Source: an uncultured Acidobacteriota bacterium (GTDB taxonomy: Bacteria; Acidobacteriota; Vicinamibacteria; Vicinamibacterales; UBA2999). Taken from it: a DNA stretch of 64,000 nucleotides. The notes below the pieces were generated by a model that saw only the letters and a list, made by a program, of their open reading frames with translations, did not search any database and was not told the DNA's origin. The position numbers were made by a program, and so were the translations under genes. The stretch is taken from NCBI GenBank assembly GCA_963713655.1, contig CAVQMT010000046.1:1946-65945 (forward strand). The letters are read 5' to 3'. Each line of letters starts with the position of its first letter. The stretch's first letter is position 1. Below, piece by piece: positions 59,961 through 64,000 of the stretch.

Positions 59961-60156
59961 CGACTACCCGCCGTCACGATGTCGACCTTTCTGCCGCGGG
60001 CCCACCGGGTAGGTCGTGAAGAGGTCGAATGTCAGGATGCGCGGCTCGCGATGGATTTCAGCGCAATCACCTCGGCGGGGCAGTTCAGTTGAGGAAGGAG
60101 GGCGGCGCTCATCTGTTCCGGTTGCGGTTTGCGACCTTGAATCGCCGGAAGGGGCT

Positions 60157-61625
60157 TCAGCAGCTCATGTCGGGCACGGACTCCGGGTCATCGAGGAACC
60201 GGGACGCGATCCCGCTGGCGCAGGTTCCAGTAAGGACCACGTGGCCGGCGCCGGGCACTTGATGGAACACCGCGCGCTGCAGCGAAGCGGCGATGCGTTC
60301 GCCTTCGTCGGGCGAGACCACGCCGTCGTACTCTCCGCTCAGGATCAACGTCGGGATCCGGCTGCGGAGCGGATGGTGCTGAACCGCCGGGGCACGCGGC
60401 ACGCCCCAGACCGTGCAGGCCTGCCGGTTGATCGGCGCCAGCGCGTCGGGGTCCAGAATCAGGGTGCTGAACTCTGGAATCGCGCGCGCGGCTTCGGTTC
60501 GATCGTCCTGTGTCTCGAACGGGATGATGTCGCTGCAGAGGGTCGAGAGGGTCTTGCCGAAGGCGAGCACGTCGCTCAACGGAGTCGGCGCCCCCACCGC
60601 CGCCCTGACCACCGGCGCGAGACCGCCGTGCGCGGCGAAGAAGATCGTCGCGGGAAGAGAAGGCAGCACGGCGGGATTCTGGATGAGCCGGGCGGTTCCG
60701 GCCAGGAACGCGTCACCGGTCACGTGCGCCGTGAGGGCGGGACCGCCGGCCGGGTTCGGTACGGACACATCGACCGGGTTCTGCCGCAACGCATCGAGCA
60801 GCCCGTAGAAGACAGAGCGAAGGCCGGGGAACTGTCCGTCACAGGCCGAATCGGCAGCACAGTCGGTGAAGACTTTCTCGAGCAGCCGATTCGCCGTCCG
60901 CCATCGATCCACGATCCACAGGTTGTCGTTGCTGCTCGGCGAGTCGAGCACGACGCTCCGGATTCCTTCCGGATGGAGGCGCATCAGGGTCAGCGTCGCG
61001 AGGCCGCCGTTGGAGAGCCCCAGAACGTTCCAGCGGTCGTACCCGAGTGCGACCCGAAGATCGTCGAGATCCTCGGCGTTCGCGGCGCTGTCGTAGGCAT
61101 CGAGATCCACGCCGTCCGCACGCAGCCGGTCCCGGCACTGTCGCACGGAGGCAAGGTAGGCGGCGCGGGGCGGAGCGTTCGGGAACGCCGCGACCGCCAG
61201 GGCGTCGAACTCCGGACACGCGAGCCTTGGTTGCGACAACCCCGTCCCCCGAGCGTCGACGAAGATCATGTCGCGGTTGGCGCCGAACACGCTGGTGAGA
61301 AAGACAGATGGTGCCGGGGTCTATCGCGGCCGCGCTCGGCCCTCCCGGCACGAAGACGATCGGGTCCGGCAGTGCAACACCCGACGACACTCGCGCAATC
61401 GCCACGGCAAGGCGAATCTCCTTGTCGGAAGACAAGATTCCCGTTGTCCCGGCGGTTCTCCGGAACCACGAGGAAACCGCAGTCCACCTGGATGCCCGCG
61501 GGGAAGGCGACCGGGCACGGAGACGGCTCGAAGACCCGCGCGTGGCTGCCACCGTCCGCGTGCAGCGTCGGCGACAGGCCGGTTCCAAACCAGAGCAGGA
61601 TCAGCAGGCTCGTCCGGTTCCGCAT
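60157..61625 (-). CDS. secreted alpha/beta hydrolase (TAP-like / S33-type), two frame breaks
   Basis: SD GGGAGG precedes ATG 61625, giving MRNRTSLLILLWFGTGLSPTLHA. Shifts are at about 61435 and about 61300. The body is in ORF 60157..61290, with the nucleophile elbow VLGLSNGG and ...LILSGEYDGVV...PGAGH. Confidence 0.75.
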
Positions 61626-61641
61626 GTCAACCTCCCAGGGT

Positions 61642-62493
61642 TCAGTTGCGGGATGAAGGCGGCAGGGTCGATGGATCGGCCAGGGCTGCTCTCGCCTTCC
61701 GCAGGTGTTGAACGGCCACGCCAAGCAGGTTGTCGATCGCCTGCCGGTTCGGTAGACCCTGTGCCACGCCGAGGGCCCACCGGCGGCCCGCAATTCGATC
61801 CGGCCCGATCGAAGGCCGGCTCATCGTGATTGGCCAAGGCACCCGCGGACAGGACCTCCAAGGCATCGCTGCTTCCGCGAGCGCCAGTCGCGCCAGGTCG
61901 TTCATATCGACTGGCGCTGGCCATGGTCCGACCGCGCGCCGCGACCTCGATCGAGGATCGAATGTTCTCCAGCGCGTTCAGCACACGCAGGAACGCGGCA
62001 ATCGCTTGGACCTCGGGAACGGCGGGATCGTCACTGATCGCGATCGGGATCGCGCCCGGCGTCAGGCCCGACTGGAATGCCAGGCTGCCATAGAAGGCCA
62101 CGGATGACTCGAGATCCGATACGGTGTGATTGTGGAAGAAGGGGCCGGTGTCGGCCGACTCTACGACCGGCGGGCTGTTGAACTCCTCGAGCTCGAGATG
62201 CCCGAAGGGGGGTGGGAGGTCAGGCGGTGTTGCCGAATGAGCCGAACACCGTCGGGATCTGCCCGAACCCGCCATCGCGAGGCAGCCCCAGCGACAGCGC
62301 GAGTGGGATGTCGTTCGCATTCGTCCCGCACCGCCGATGTTGAACCCTCGCGGACTGCCGTCTATCCGCGGAAACCCCGGCGTCGCCGGGTTGAATGACA
62401 TTCCCGCGGAGCCACCTCCATTGAAGTGGCAACCGTTGCAGTTCTTGTGGCCTGGCTCCAACAGATCCCCGCTGTCCAGGAAGAGCGTCTTGC
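61642..62493 (-). pseudogene. C-terminal part of a cytochrome-c-peroxidase/MauG-like protein, fused in frame to an unrelated gene fragment; at least 3 frame breaks
   Basis: GKTLFLDSGDLLEPGHKNCNGCHFNGG contains a CXXCH motif. Later segments are ...ESADTGPFFHNHTVSDLESSVAFYGSLAF and ...AIAAFLRVLNALENI.... It ends ...LRKARAALADPSTLPPSSRN* at 61642. No N-terminal haem domain or signal peptide is present. Confidence 0.5.
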
Positions 62494-63291
62494 CGTCGGC
62501 GACCGGCGTCAGCGACGCTTCCATCCCGGCACGAAACCCGGCCGGTACTGCCCTGGCAATCAGGTTCGAGACAGTGGCGCTCGCCGCGTCAATCGTGACG
62601 CCGGGTGCCAGCCGTCCGAGCACGAACAGCACGCCGAAGCCCGGGTCCTCGAGGACATCCACCTTCCACTGCTCGCTGGCGGCTTCGAGCTGCGGCACCA
62701 GCGCCACCCACAGCTCGGCGCCGCGCGGATAGTCGAAGCCGTCGGGCATCACGCCGACAACCGTGTAGACGCCGGCGCGAAAGCGCAGCGCCCGTCCGAC
62801 GATCGCCGGATCGCCGCCGAACCGGCGTTGCCACGCGCCGTGGCTGAGGACGGCCACGCGTGCGCTGCCCTTGCGGTCGTCCGCCGGCTGCAGCGTGCGG
62901 CCGAGGGCCGCGTTCGCGCCCGCCAGGGCAAAAAACGACGCCGACACGGCGGCGGCCGGAATCGTCGCCGGCTGGCCTTCCTGCAGCACGAGGCCCCAGG
63001 TGGTGGAGCCCATCGCCGCCAGCTGCTCGAATCCGCGCGCGTCGCGCTGCCAGTCGCGAAACGTCGCATAGGACACCTCGCCGATCGTCGCCGGCGTGGC
63101 GCGCTCGCGCGGCCAGATCACCACCACGCGGTGTGCATCCCGAATCGGCAGCGGCCGAATCAGAACCTTGTCCACGACCGCGAACACCGCACGCTGGCAC
63201 CGATGGCGACGGCCAGCGTGCACACGGCGGCCACCGCCAGCGTCGGCGAACGGCGCAGCCAGCGCAGGCTCAAGCGAAGATCGCTCAGCAT
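62494..63291 (-). pseudogene. N-terminal fragment (TM1 plus MacB-like periplasmic domain) of an ADOP/FtsX-type ABC permease
   Basis: ATG 63291 gives MLSDLRLSLRWLRRSPTLAVAAVCTLAVAIGAS. After a shift at about 63190 it continues VFAVVDKVLIRPLPIRDAHRVVVIW...AVLSHGAWQRRFGGDPAIVGRAL...VGVMPDGFDYP. It stops at ...MEASLTPVADG, with no FtsX TM bundle. Confidence 0.6.
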
Positions 63292-63316
63292 CTGATGCTC
63301 TACGACCAGCGCCCAA

Positions 63317-63350
63317 CGACTAACGACTACGACTAACGACTAGCTAGTCG
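63317..63350. repeat. heptamer-type repeats CGACTA(A), 4 units, ending in a 14-nt palindrome
   Basis: cgactaa cgacta cgactaa cgactag. The palindrome is cgactagctagtcg (63337-63350). Confidence 0.9.
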
Positions 63351-63647
63351 AGATCGAAGTCGCGGGTTGGCTTGGTGATCGGTTCGCTGGCCGGCCTGCT
63401 TCAGCGCCTCCTCGAAGCGCTTGGACAGCGCGTCCCCCTTCGTGCGTTCGTTGTGGAACGACGCCTCGAACAGCGCCTCGCGCCGAGCCGCCTCGGCCGC
63501 GAGGATCCGCTGCGCGTCCGACAGCTCGGGCTTGTCGCCACGCTCGGGCTCCTTGTGGGCGACGATGCGGCGGAGGTTCAGGTCAACCACCATCGTCGCG
63601 CCGCAGCACGGGCACGTGAGGTCGAGCTCGCTCTCCAAGTTCGCCAT
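63344..63647 (-). CDS. small zinc-ribbon protein, one frame break near 3' end
   Basis: ATG 63647 gives MANLESELDLTCPCCGATMVVD..., which has only one CxxC visible. A shift at about 63400 gives ...ASEPITKPTRDFDLD*, ending at TAG 63344-63346. Confidence 0.5.
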
Positions 63648-64000
63648 GCACGCTATTCTATCTGTCTTGGCTGGCTCCTCCTCCCGGACGCTACGCGTCG
63701 CCACCTACAACATCCACCGGTGCCGCGGGCTCGACGGCCGCACCAACCCGGCGCGGATTGCCGAGGTGATCGCCTCGGTCGAGCCCGACATCGTCGCGCT
63801 GCAGGAGGTGATCGGCGCCGGGCCCACGTCCTCGGGGCACGCCGAGGAAATCGGCGCGCAGCTCGGCATGGGCTGGGTGATGGCGCCGACGCGGCACCTG
63901 CGCGGGCGGCTGTTCGGCAACGCCGTGCTGAGCCACCTGCCCATCCGGCAGCACGTGCAGTACGACCTGTCGTGGAAGACGTGCGAGCCGCGCTGCGTCC
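63646..64000 (+). CDS. endonuclease/exonuclease/phosphatase (EEP) family protein, 3' end outside window
   Basis: Not in the ORF track because it runs off the window. My own translation gives MHAILSVLAGSSSRTLRVATYNIHRCRGLDGRTNPARIAEVIASVEPDIVALQEVIG...GNAVLSHLPI... The start is uncertain; an alternative is TTG 63667. Confidence 0.65.
   Translation, partial: MHAILSVLAGSSSRTLRVATYNIHRCRGLDGRTNPARIAEVIASVEPDIVALQEVIGAGPTSSGHAEEIGAQLGMGWVMAPTRHLRGRLFGNAVLSHLPIRQHVQYDLSWKTCEPRCV

Overview
Very GC-rich bacterial chromosomal segment, G+C judged by eye and not computed. The gene content suggests an Acidobacteriota-like soil organism (inference). Supporting genes are an ADOP-type duplicated-permease fragment, a PEP-CTERM protein, a CarboxypepD_reg-type TonB receptor, Ser/Thr-kinase/TolB-propeller fusions, and DUF6152-like genes. 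About 60 protein genes can be supported, mostly housekeeping or periplasmic metabolism. They include a PQQ dehydrogenase with a dihaem cytochrome c, ispG, NDH-2, a molybdopterin oxidoreductase, a DEAD-box helicase, peptidases/amidases and transporters. Also present are one tRNA-Leu(CAA), one cobalamin riboswitch in front of a TonB-dependent receptor, a VapBC module and an ECF sigma operon. There is no CRISPR array, rRNA, transposase or integrase. Three points dominate the reading. (1) The sequence carries roughly 40 or more apparent 1-nt frame breaks, several at homopolymers. Many real genes are therefore split over two or three track ORFs, and I reconstructed them by reading across frames; shift positions are approximate, about +/-30 nt. 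(2) Many intergenic spaces hold short tandem arrays of heptanucleotides with locus-specific units, resembling cyanobacterial STRR repeats. (3) The best candidates for undescribed systems are a CCAEP-tail radical-SAM plus ATP-grasp operon (45.4-48.2 kb), a leaderless M43/small-protein/thermolysin-like metalloprotease trio (34.2-37.4 kb), and a duplicated DUF6152-plus-partner periplasmic module (9.8-11.1 kb and 42.5-44.6 kb). Two regions look truly decayed or rearranged: 28.6-31.3 kb and 59.1-63.3 kb. All family names come from motif recognition by eye and need HMM/BLAST confirmation.
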